Source: Candidatus Hydrogenedentota bacterium
GTDB lineage: Bacteria > Hydrogenedentota > Hydrogenedentia > Hydrogenedentales > SLHB01
Assembly: GCA_963745075.1 (NCBI GenBank)
Contig: CAVUWV010000024.1
Location: 128,001 to 192,000 of the forward strand
DNA length: 64,000 nucleotides
Direction of reading: 5' to 3'
Part shown: one piece after another, positions 10,101 to 20,761 of the stretch
How the letters are laid out: each line of letters opens with the position of its first letter
How positions within the stretch are numbered: position 1 is the stretch's first letter
Position numbers and translations under genes: made by a program
Notes under the pieces: generated by a model
Databases searched by the model: none
What the model was told of the DNA's origin: nothing
The model's input: only the letters and a program-made list of their open reading frames with translations

Positions 10101-13100
10101 ACGTTGGTGACGCTCGATGCGTTGCCGCGAACAACGTCTCGGAAAAATCGATCGCCGCGCCTTGCCGATGCCCGAGTCTTTTGGAGAATCCGTCGGCGAA
10201 TATGTCGCGCCACGGACCCTCACGGAAGAACTTGTTGCGGGCATCTGGGAACAGGTGCTGACGCGGGGTCGCATCGGCATGCTGGATCGGTTTTTCGACA
10301 TCGGCGGTCATTCGCTGCTCGCCACGCAGGTCGTATCGCGCATTCGGGATACCTTCGATGTGAACCTGCCCCTGCGCGCACTCTTCGAGCATCCGACCGT
10401 AGCGGGACTTGCCGCCCGAATCGACGCCCTTCGCCAAGAGGCAACCGACTCCCATATACCGCCCATCACGCAGATTTCTCGGGACAAGCCGCTGCCGCTC
10501 TCGTTTTCCAGCAGCGGCTCTGGGTCCTGGATCAGTTGGGCGCACGCGACGGCGCGTATACCATGTCGACTGCCATGCGTCTGGCCGGCGAACTGAACGT
10601 CGATGCACTGGAAAAGGCATTCTCCCGGCTGATCGAGCGTCATGAAAGTCTCCGCACGGTCTTCGTCGTTGACCGCGACGAACCGCATCAGAAAATACTG
10701 CCGGCTCGCCCGTTTCCCTCGCTCCCATCACAATCGACGATCGTGCACCCGATGAGCGCAAAGCCGATGCTATGCGTCGTGCGTCGGAAGAGGCGGCCGA
10801 ACCCTTCGACTTGACGACCGGTCCGCTCATTCGGGTTCGGTTGTATCGACTTGGTCCACTGCGACCACGTCTTGTCGGTCATGATTCATCACATCGTTTC
10901 CGATGCGCTGGTCCATGGGTGTTCTCGTGCGCGAGATTCAGCAGTCGTACGAAGCGTTTGCGCGGGAATTGGAACCGGATCTACCCGCTCCTGAACGTTC
11001 AATACCCCGATTTCGCGAAGTGGCAACGGTCCTGGTTACAGGGCGAGGCCTTGGAATCTCAGTTGGCGTATTGGCGTCAGCATTTGGACCGCGCCCCGGC
11101 CACGCTCGATCTTCCCACGGACCGGCCGCGTCCTCCCGTCCGCAGGTTTGTCGGTGATCGCGTCACGTCGCAACTGCCGTCAGAAATCGCCGAACAACTC
11201 CGAGCCCTCGGCCGCGAAGAAGGCGCCACCCTGTTCATGGTGCTGTTTGCCGCCTTCAACGTGCTGCTCCATCGCTATTCGGGCCAGGATGACGTGGTGG
11301 TCGGCACCCCCATCGCCAATCGGAGTCGCCGGGAACTGGAGCCCCTGATCGGGTTCTTTGTTAACACGCTGGCCATTCGCACCAATCTGTCGGGTAATCC
11401 CACCTTCCGGACGTTGCTCCAACGCGTGCGCGAAGCGGCCCTCGGCGCGTACGCCCATCAGGATCTGCCCTTTGAACGTTTGGTCGAGGAATTGCATCCC
11501 GAGCGCGATTTGAGCCGCTCGCCGATCTTCCAGGCCATGTTCGTCCTGCAGAACGCGCCTAAGTCGCACCATCATCTGCCGGGCCTCACCCTGACGCGTA
11601 TCCCATTGGATACCCATCGCGCCCGTTTTGACGTGGTCATGGCGGTCAATGATACTGCCGACGCGCTGAACGTGGCCCTCGAATTCAATACGGATCTTTT
11701 CGACGCGTCCACCATGGAGCGGCTCCTGGGACATTTCGCTACGATGCTCCAGGCTATCGCACAAGACGGAAACGAAGCGGTCGGCACCGTGCCCATCTTG
11801 ACCGAGTCCGAGCGAGAAGCGCTTCTGCATACGTGGAATCAGACCCAGGCGCCGTACCCAGTCGACCGCTGCGTACACGAACTGCTCCAGGCGCAAGCCT
11901 CCCGTCGTCCCGACGCCATCGCATTGGACGACGGCGACCGGCGTATTACCTACCGCGAACTCAATGAACGCGCCAATCGTGTTGCGCACCGTCTGTTGGG
12001 CCTCGGCGTGAATATCGAATCACGCGTAGCCGTTTGCGCGTATAAGCGTATGGACGCCGTAATTGGTTCGCTGGCGATCATGAAGGCCGGTGCTGCGTAC
12101 ATTCCATTGGACCCGGCCCACCCGTTGGAACGACTCCAGTTCATGCTTGACGATTCCGGTGCGAACGTACTGCTGGCGGATCGCAGGTTCCATGAGGCTT
12201 TCGCATCCGACAGTGTCACGCGGGTCAGTGTCGACGACTGTATTTGCAACCCCGAACTGGACGCAGGAGACCCCGTCACCGCCGTGACTCCCGAGAATCT
12301 CGCTTACGCGATCTACACATCGGGATCCACCGGATGGCCCAAGGCCGTCCTTATCGAGCATCGCTCTGTGCTGAATCTGATCCAGTGGCACCAGCGCGTC
12401 TTCTCGGTTACGGATCGCGACCGGACAAGCCATTTGGCTGGGCCGGCATTCGATGCGTCCGTCTGGGAATTGTGGCCTCATCTAACGGCAGGTGCGACCG
12501 TCTGCATTCCCCCCGACGAAATCCGGATATCGGCGGAACAATTGCGCGACTGGTTCGTCGCCAATCAAATTACGATAGCCTTCGTGCCGACCCCGTTGGC
12601 CGAGATGATGGTCGCGTTGCCATGGCCGAAGGAATGCGTGCTGCGCTCCATGCAAACCGGCGGTGAAGCGCTGAGTGTGTTTCCCCCGCAGTCTTTGCCC
12701 TTTGAACTCGTCAACAATTACGGCCCCACGGAAAACACGGTCATAACGAGTTCCGGCGTCGTCGCTGAACCCCGCCACGAACATGATTTGCCCGCGCTCG
12801 GTCGCCCGATAGACAACGTAGAAATCTACGTGCTGGACTGCCATCGTCAGCCCGTTCCGGTCGGCGTGCCTGGCGAACTGCACGTCGGCGGTTCCGGAAT
12901 CGCGCGTGCCTATTTGAATCGCCCCGAGTTGACTGCCGAGAAATTCATCCCGCACCCGTTCAGCGATTCGGCTGATGCGCGATTGTACCGGACCGGTGAC
13001 ATGGTTCGGTATCGGCCGGATGGTTCACTAGAGTTTCTTGGTCGAAATGACGATCAGGTCAAACTGCGCGGGTACCGGATCGAATTGGGAGAAATCCAGC

Positions 13101-16100
13101 GTGCGGTCTATGACCATCCGAACGTAGCGACCGCCGCGGTCCTGTTCCGTCCAAGTTGTTCCGGCGATGACCGAATCGTGGCATACATAGTTTGGAAGCA
13201 CGGATATGAAGTTGACCTCGATAACCTGCGTTCCATCCTGGCGTCACGCCTCCCCGCATACATGGTGCCGGCCGCGTTCGTGCAAATGGACGTCCTTCCT
13301 CTGACGCGAAACGGTAAAATCAACGTCTCTGCACTACCACCGCCGGAGGAATTCACACGCGCCATCGATGCCGATGACCATCCCCAAGGCCCGACCGAGG
13401 AAGCCATTGCCGCCATTTGGTGTGCCGTACTGGGTATCAATCGCATCGGCCGCACCCAGCGCTTCTTCGACTCGGGGGGGCACTCGCTCAAAGCGACCCA
13501 GGTCATGTCCCGCATGCGCGACGCATTTGGGGTTGAACTGCCGTTGCGCACCCTGTTCGAAGTCCAAACCGTCGAGGGGCTGGCCGCACGCGTCGAATCG
13601 GAGATGGACGACTCAGGGCAAGCTGCGGATACGATTGTCACCTACACGGGAACCGACGATCCGCCCCTTTCATTTTCCCAGCAACGACTCTGGTTCCTGG
13701 ATCGGCTGGGCGCGCGCGACGGCGTGTACACCATTTCCACTGCGTTGCGTCTGCGTGGCGACCTGAACATCGAAGCATTGGAGCGCGCTCTCAACCACGT
13801 CGTGCGCCGCCACGACGTCCTGCGCACGTATTTCGGCGGAGACGAAAACCATCCCGTTCAAAAGATTGACGACGATTTTCAAATCGCGCTCGCGCCTCTC
13901 GACCTCTCCGATACGCTCGAGCCGCACCGAACCAACGAGGTGTCTCGTATCGTCCAGCAGCTTTCGTTGGAACCGTTTGATCTGCGGTCGGGCCCACTCG
14001 TCCGAGTCGCGCTACTTCAACTTGGCGACAAGGAACACGTGCTCAACGTCTCCATGCACCACGCCATTTCCGACGGCTGGTCCATGGGAGTCTTTGCCCG
14101 CGAATTGACGGCATTCTACAACGCCGAAATCGGGGACGAATACGCGGAGTTGCCCGGTCTGCCCATCCAATATGCGGACTTTTCCGCTTGGCAGCGTGAC
14201 AAACTCCGTGGGCAAGCCCTCAAAGTGCAGATGGAGTACTGGACGGAGCATCTCCGCGACGCTCCGGCAGTCCTCGAACTGCCCACCGACCACCCGCGAC
14301 CGGCCGTACAAACGTTTAATGGCGGTCGCGAATCCTTTCGTATCGAACGGGCAAGTTGGGACCGCGTCGAAGCGATGTGCAGCAGGGAGGGGGTAACGCC
14401 GTTCATGGCCCTCTGCGCGGCGTTCGATGTTCTCATCTACCGGTATACCGGTCAGGAAGACTTCGTCATCGGCACACCGATTGCCAACCGTAACCGTGCC
14501 GAGATTGAAAACCTGATTGGGTTCTTCGCCAATACCCTGGCACTCCGGTTTCATGTGGACGGTCAGGCATCCTTCCGGCAACTCCTGAACCAGGTGCGCG
14601 ACGTGGCCCTCGGTGCCTTTTCCCACCAGGACGTCCCCTTCGAAAAACTCGTGGAAGAACTGGCGCCGGAACGAAGCCTTTCGCGAAGCCCGCTGTTCCA
14701 GGTTATGTTTGCCCTCCAGAATGTAGACGCACAGTTGCCAAAACTCCGAGGTCTCGACGTTGCGCGTGTCGAGCGCCCCGGACGCCGTTCCCGGTTCGAT
14801 TTGACGGTTACCGTATCGGCCGGTCCCGAGGGGCTATCGGTCAACGCGGAGTACAATGCAGACCTCTTCGATGCGGATACCATTCATCGCATGTTGAATC
14901 ATTACGCCGTAGTCATCTCCGAAGTCGCACGCACGACGGATGCGCCCGTGGCCACCATTCCCCTGCTTACCGAAGCCGAACGCCGAACGCTGCTCTACGA
15001 CTGGAACGACACCGCGGTTCCCGTTCCCCTCGAGAAATGCGTTCACCAGCGTGTTGAAATACAGGCGTCGCGTCGGCCCGGTGTGGCTGCGCTAATTGAT
15101 AGCAATGGCCGGCTCACGTACGGAGAACTCAACCGGCGGGCCAACCGTCTTGCCCATCGCCTCGTGGAGCTTCGCGTTCACCCCAGGACCCGGGTCGCCG
15201 TATGCACGAGTCGGCGAATGGACACGGTCGTCGCGGAACTCGCCGTGCTGAAGGTCGGCGCCGCCTACGTGCCGTTGGATCCCTCGTATCCCGTCGAACG
15301 GTTGCGGTACATGGTCGAAGATTCCAGCGCAGTAGCGCTCATCACGGATCGTATTCTGGAACCGTCATTCCCACCCACTGAGGCGTTGCACGTCTGTATA
15401 GAGGATTGTTTTGACTCCGGCCACCTGCCGGATGCAAATCCCGATATAGCGATGACCGCATCCGATCCCGCGTACGCGATCTACACGTCCGGGTCTACCG
15501 GCCGCCCCAAGGGCGTTCTCATCGAACATCGCGGATTGTCGAACCTGGTCTATTGGCATCAACGGGCCTTCCACGTGACCAGCGCCGACCGGGCTACGCA
15601 TGTCGCCGGCCCCGCGTTCGATGCGTCCGTTTGGGAACTCTGGCCCTATCTCAGTGCCGGCGCCACCGTGTATATCGCCGACGAGATGACGCGGGTTTCG
15701 GCGTCCCACCTGCGACTGTGGATTCTCGAGCATTCCATTACGATCTCATTCTTGCCCACGCCCTTGGCCGAGCAAGTCATCGGGATGGATTGGCCGGCCT
15801 CCTGCCCGCTGCGCGCCCTGTTGACCGGCGGCGATGCCTTGCACAAGCGCCCGCCGCCGTCCCTACCCTTTAGAGTGGTCAACAATTACGGTCCCACCGA
15901 AAATACCGTCGTCGCCACCTCTGGGCTCGTGGAGACGACGCACAATACCACGGGAACCCCAGCCTTGGGTCGGCCCATCGACAATACGGAAATCCTCGTG
16001 CTCGACCGCAACCTTCAGTTGGTCCCGGTGGGGGTCCCCGGCGAACTGCATGTGGGTGGGTTCGGACTGGCCCGCGGATACCTGAACCGGCCGGACTTGA

Positions 16101-17755
16101 CCGCCGAGCGGTTTATTTCGCATCCCTTCCGTGGCAATGGCTGCCGCCTTTACAAGACGGGCGATATCGCGCGCTATCGGTCCGATGGGTCCCTCGAATT
16201 CCTTGGACGGGCCGATCACCAGGTCAAGATTCGCGGGTACCGCGTCGAACTCGGCGAAATCGAATCGGTGCTGTGCCGCCAACCCGGAATTGAAGAAGCC
16301 GTCGTGCTTCCCCGCGCCAACGGTCCCAGCGGGCCTGCCCTTGCCGCGTTCGTGGTTCCTGCCTCGGGACAAGAAATCGACACGGAATTCTTACGGGACG
16401 CGCTCAACGCGGAACTCCCCAGTTACATGATTCCGACCAGTGTGACGGAGACCGAAGCGATTCCACTTTCTGCCCACGGGAAGGTTGACCGGGATGCGCT
16501 GCTGAAACTCGAGGCGCGAACTTCTGACGGCGTCGCGCGGCCGGACGAAGCACCGTCGACGGCCACGCAACAGGCGATAGCCGCAATTTGGTGTGACCTA
16601 CTCGAACGGGAGCGCGTCGGAATTCATGAAAACTTCCTCGATAGCGGCGGCCATTCCCTGCTCGCCGTCGAGTTGCTTTCCCGCATAAACGCCGCGTTTC
16701 ACATCGAGTTGCCATTGCGTACCGTTTTCGAAGAACCGACCATCATGGGGTTGGCGCGCCGGATCGATCTCCTGAATCAACTTCCCGTGGCGACATCGAC
16801 TACCAACGACATACTGGTGCCATTGCGGGCTACCGGGTCGCGCCCGCCCATATTTCTGATTGCGCCCGCCGGCGGAACGGTATTCGCCTATTACGCCCTT
16901 GCCCACCATCTTGGACCGGATCAGCCCGTGTACGCTCTCCAGGATCCCGCATACGAGGGCAATCGTCTGCCGTGCGACACCATCGAGGGGATGGCGCGCC
17001 TCTACATCGAGGCGATGCGTGCCATACAACCCAAGGGGCCTTACTTGATCGGGGGATGGTCATTCGGCGGAACCGTCGCCTTTGAAATGGCGCACCAACT
17101 ATCCGATGAGGTCGGTTTATTGTTCCTCATCGAGACGATTACCGGCGTTCGCGCTCCGGGCCGGACCCAAAAGACGCCGGTGGAGCGGTTGAAGCTCATG
17201 TATCGAAACTTAGGCGCTCGCGCTTCGTTGGCCCTTTCCGGCCTGGCCACGACGTGGGAAGGGGTCCGCTACGCGGTGGTGGCCACGCGTTTTGGCGGCT
17301 GGCTGCGCCGAATCGTGCGGGGCATCCGCAACTCGACGGCCGAACGGAGTTTCGCGCGGTCCTACGAACGCGCGCTCAACGCGTCCGCCCCGGAAATCAA
17401 AGGCGCCGGCACGCTGCTCGTACAACAGTCCGTGGCCCGGCATTGGATTCGCATCGCCATGGCCAACGCCCGAGCGTTTCGCCGCTACACCCCCACGCCG
17501 TTCCCGGGAAAACTGACGCTCTTTCTCGCGAAACGGCGCTTGACGGCGCGACCGGGTTCCGACCCCGCCCGTGGCTGGTCGCCCTTCGCCGAAGGCGGAG
17601 TGGACGTGCGCCTTCTGCCCGGCGATCACTTCTCGATTCTCAGAAATCCCAACGTCGTGAGATGCGCGCAAATCCTTCGCGACCGCGCGGACCAAGCGCA
17701 AACCCAAACGAAACGCCAGGCCGACCGGGAAACGACCCCGACGCTGGCATCCTGA
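7152..17755 (+). CDS. Trimodular NRPS: docking domain-C-A-T-C-A-T-C-A-T-TE, split by six single-base indels at ~10140-10990
   Basis: ATG overlaps the PKS stop (ATGA). TubC-type N-terminal docking domain; C motifs HHIIADG, HHIVSDA (out of frame), HHAISDG; three YTSGSTG A3 motifs; three GGHS carrier motifs; TE GWSFG and GDHFS. Reassembled by hand from ORFs 7014, 10117, 10772 and 10903. Confidence 0.88.
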
Positions 17756-17823
17756 TTTTTCGTGAACCCCTTTCCGCTGATATGACGGGTACTTTTTTGT
17801 CGACCTGCGAGGAGCAACTCGCC

Positions 17824-18810
17824 TTACGGTCCGGTTACGTCATCGAAAACCTGTTTCACCGCATCGATGACCGCTTGGGGTTGGTCGACCTGGATGTCGT
17901 GTCCCGAATTCGCCACGACAATCAATTGTCCCTGCGGGGTCAGAGAGGCCTGGTCCTCGTCGAGCGTCTCCTTGATGCCGTCCGCGATGGTGGCTTGATC
18001 CGCAGGCACTTCGCCGGGATCGTAGTTTCCGGCACTCAGATAGATGAGCGGGATGTTTGGCAGCGAGCGATTCGCGCCGACTACATCATACGAATTGTAT
18101 CGGTTGTAGTACTCACCCCAAACCCCCGCCTTACCCGTCGCCCCGAAGTACACTCCATACTCAAGGTCTTCTTTTTCCAGCGACTCCGGCTTCAACGCCT
18201 CCGCCAATTCGTTTTCCATCAATTCGTGCGTCGCATCGACCAATACCAGCCCCGCAACCCGAGTTGGATGCTGATTCGTAAAGTAGCGAGCGAACAGACC
18301 CCCAAACGAATGGCCGCAGAGAATGACCGGATCCGTCAATCCCATGGCGTCGAGGAACGCCTCCAGTTCATCCGACACAATGTCCGGAGTGCGCGGGTTT
18401 TCGCCCTGATCGCTACATCCGACACCACCACGATCGTACGCAATCGCTGTGGTGAACGCCCCTACCTCAGGCAAAACCTTGCGCCAGACCGTCAGATTGT
18501 CGTCCTCGCCCGCCATCAAGATAACTGCTGGCCCGCCAGTACCTTCCTCCTCGTACAGTAGAGAATAGCCGCCAACGTCAATAGAGCTCAATTTGCTGCA
18601 ATCCTCCGGGAGTGATGGACATTGCTTGGCCGATACCGCCAGTAAGACTGCCACCGACAACGAAGCCAGCGTGCCTGCCGATCGCACCCCCAGCCGGCAC
18701 TTCCGGGTTGCAGCGTCATCGGGTTCGGGTTTCAGCTCAGTTTTCGGCTCAAATTGATTCATTGCCGCGGGCTCCTCGATAGTTTGCGCTGGGTGACGAT
18801 TTTTACACAT
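17824..18810 (-). CDS. Alpha/beta hydrolase, probably exported (real start may be ~18762)
   Basis: YDRGGVGCS, GHSFGG nucleophile elbow, SGHDIQ His motif; hydrophobic N-terminal stretch. Confidence 0.8.
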   Translation of the reverse strand: MCKNRHPAQTIEEPAAMNQFEPKTELKPEPDDAATRKCRLGVRSAGTLASLSVAVLLAVSAKQCPSLPEDCSKLSSIDVGGYSLLYEEEGTGGPAVILMAGEDDNLTVWRKVLPEVGAFTTAIAYDRGGVGCSDQGENPRTPDIVSDELEAFLDAMGLTDPVILCGHSFGGLFARYFTNQHPTRVAGLVLVDATHELMENELAEALKPESLEKEDLEYGVYFGATGKAGVWGEYYNRYNSYDVVGANRSLPNIPLIYLSAGNYDPGEVPADQATIADGIKETLDEDQASLTPQGQLIVVANSGHDIQVDQPQAVIDAVKQVFDDVTGP

Positions 18811-18974
18811 ACCTTTTCAGCTCCGGGCAGGATGATACATCAATTCCCGCAGAACAAGCAATATTTTATTGTATTTAAGGTTTATTTTTTGAATATTCAC
18901 TTGACAAAACGATGTGCGTTTCCTCCGAAAAATGACGCGATTGCACACGAAAAAAGCAGATTTTGTTTTTCTAC

Positions 18975-19003
18975 TTGACTTTCCTCCGTGTTTGTGGTAA
19001 AAG
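18975..19003 (+). promoter_or_regulatory. Possible sigma70 promoter for the small ORF
   Basis: TTGACT-17 bp-TAAAAG with TG extension in an AT-rich intergenic region; the -10 box is imperfect. Confidence 0.4.
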
Positions 19004-19063
19004 TCCGCGATTTGCGCTGTACCACGAAAATCACTTTATTTGACGAAAGGAGGTGAAAGAGCT

Positions 19064-19201
19064 ATGCATTGCTGTCCATTGTGCAACGAAGCGATCGAAG
19101 AAACCGACATTCAGTTCGGCGAAGTTCAGATCGTTGAAGACGAGTACTGGCATCTCGATTGTTATGCCGAGTACTACGATGAAGTTCTCGAAGAAGCATA
19201 G
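19064..19201 (+). CDS. 45-aa acidic small protein with a CxxC...HxxC putative Zn site (not in the ORF track)
   Basis: AAGGAGGTGA Shine-Dalgarno just upstream; translation MHCCPLCNEAIEETDIQFGEVQIVEDEYWHLDCYAEYYDEVLEEA; terminator follows. Confidence 0.75.
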   Translation: MHCCPLCNEAIEETDIQFGEVQIVEDEYWHLDCYAEYYDEVLEEA

Positions 19202-19226
19202 GTGAATCCTCTTTCACCGGGCACTA

Positions 19227-19268
19227 CGCCTCAGGCGAGCAGTTTGTTCGCCGGAAGGCGTTTTTTTG
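19227..19268 (+). terminator. Rho-independent terminator
   Basis: CGCCTCAGGCGAGCA / TGTTCGCCGGAAGGCG imperfect stem followed by a T7 run. Confidence 0.7.
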
Positions 19269-19410
19269 TCTCCACGCGGGCGAAATTGGATGGATTCTAA
19301 CCACGATAAACCGTTACCCTCGCGGAAGCGACTTTTGCTATAGTAGCGGCTGTACTCTGCGTCACTCTGGTTAATCGAAGCCGGAGCACCTATAGGAGCT
19401 GGGATACCCC

Positions 19411-20370
19411 TTGGCGAAGCTGAATCACAACAGCCGTGGCACAATCTCCCACACGTTGCCTTTTGAGAAACGGATTGTGGAACTTGAAGCCAATCTTGAG
19501 CAGGCTGAGAGCGAGGACGAGCGTGCGGAGATTACGCGCGAGCTGGAAGTTGAACGAGAAAAGGTGTTTACACAATTAACCCCATGGCAACGCGTGGAAC
19601 TCGCCCGGCACGCCCAACGACCCAAAATGCTGGACTACGTCAGCCGGGTCTTCGAGGATTTTGTCGAACTTCATGGCGATCGGGTGTCCGGAGAGGATAC
19701 GGCGACCGTTGGCGGCATCGCGCGTTTCAAGGGAGAAACGGTCGTGCTCGTAGGTCATGAGAAAGGCAATACAACGGACGAGCGAATCCGCCGAAATTAC
19801 GGCATGGCATTCCCGGCCGGTTACCGTAAGGCCTTGAGGCTGTTCGAGATGGCGGAACGCCTCCACCTTCCCGTCGTAACGATTGTGGACACGCAGGGCG
19901 CCCATCCCCACCCCGACGCCGAGCAGCGCGGACAAGGTCCCGCCATCGCGCGAAACCTTTTGTATCTTATGGGGATTAAAACAGCGGTTTTCTCGGTCGT
20001 TATCGGGGAAGGCGGGAGCGGAGGTGCACTCGGAATTGCCGTAGGCGACTGGGTTTGCATGTTCGAACATGCCATCTACATGATCTGTGCTCCCGAGCGG
20101 TGTGCGGAGATTCTATGGCGAGACTCTTCAAAGAAGGAAATCGCCGCGTCTGCCCTGAGAATAACCGCGCAGGATTTGAAGGAATTCGGCGTGATTGACG
20201 CGGTACTCGCCGAACCGGGCGGTGGTGCTCACCGCAATCCGGACGGCGCCGCCGCGGTCCTTTCCGAGGAACTGAGCCGGTTCCTCGCGTCCGCGGCGGA
20301 GGGAAAGTGGACAGTCGAGCGCCGGCAGGAAAAATTCCGGCGCATGGGGGTGTGGCGAAACGTCGTTTGA
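19411..20370 (+). CDS. accA: Acetyl-CoA carboxylase carboxyltransferase alpha subunit
   Basis: LTPWQRVELARH, FVELHGDR, GYRKALRL, IGEGGSGGALGI. Confidence 0.92.
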   Translation: MAKLNHNSRGTISHTLPFEKRIVELEANLEQAESEDERAEITRELEVEREKVFTQLTPWQRVELARHAQRPKMLDYVSRVFEDFVELHGDRVSGEDTATVGGIARFKGETVVLVGHEKGNTTDERIRRNYGMAFPAGYRKALRLFEMAERLHLPVVTIVDTQGAHPHPDAEQRGQGPAIARNLLYLMGIKTAVFSVVIGEGGSGGALGIAVGDWVCMFEHAIYMICAPERCAEILWRDSSKKEIAASALRITAQDLKEFGVIDAVLAEPGGGAHRNPDGAAAVLSEELSRFLASAAEGKWTVERRQEKFRRMGVWRNVV

Positions 20371-20464
20371 TTCGGCGAGTCCCGGAAGAGGGTAAATGGA
20401 AGACCGGGTGCCGGGCCGCCTCGTACGTTACGTCATTCGGGAGACGCCGAAATTGCGCTGCATT

Positions 20465-20761
20465 ATGCCGACTGCGGACGAAATACACATTCGGGTACGC
20501 GTACAGCCCAAGGCTTCCACGAATGCCGTTGTGGAGGAGCAAGGGGACCGTCTAAGAATTCGCCTTACGGCGCCTCCTATCGAGGGGAAAGCAAACGAGG
20601 CGTTGCGCGGATTTGTTGCAAAACAGTTGGGCGTTGCCAAGAGCGCAGTGCGCCTGATCCGCGGCGAACGCTCGCGCGACAAGACGCTTAGTGTTCGGGG
20701 AGTGGGTGCCGAGGTGGCTTGGTCCAAGCTGACGCGCGATTGTACCGGGAGAGCATCGTGA
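20465..20761 (+). CDS. yggU: DUF167 / YggU family protein
   Basis: VRVQPKAS, TAPPIEGKANEAL, GERSRDK. Confidence 0.85.
   Translation: MPTADEIHIRVRVQPKASTNAVVEEQGDRLRIRLTAPPIEGKANEALRGFVAKQLGVAKSAVRLIRGERSRDKTLSVRGVGAEVAWSKLTRDCTGRAS

Noticed and set aside
17254..18561. 435-aa plus-strand ORF
   Set aside because: It overlaps the NRPS TE in another frame and is antisense to a clear hydrolase; it has no motifs.
19411..20370. accA as a dedicated malonyl-CoA supply gene of the cluster
   Set aside because: It is separated by a terminator and starts a housekeeping run; proximity alone is not evidence.
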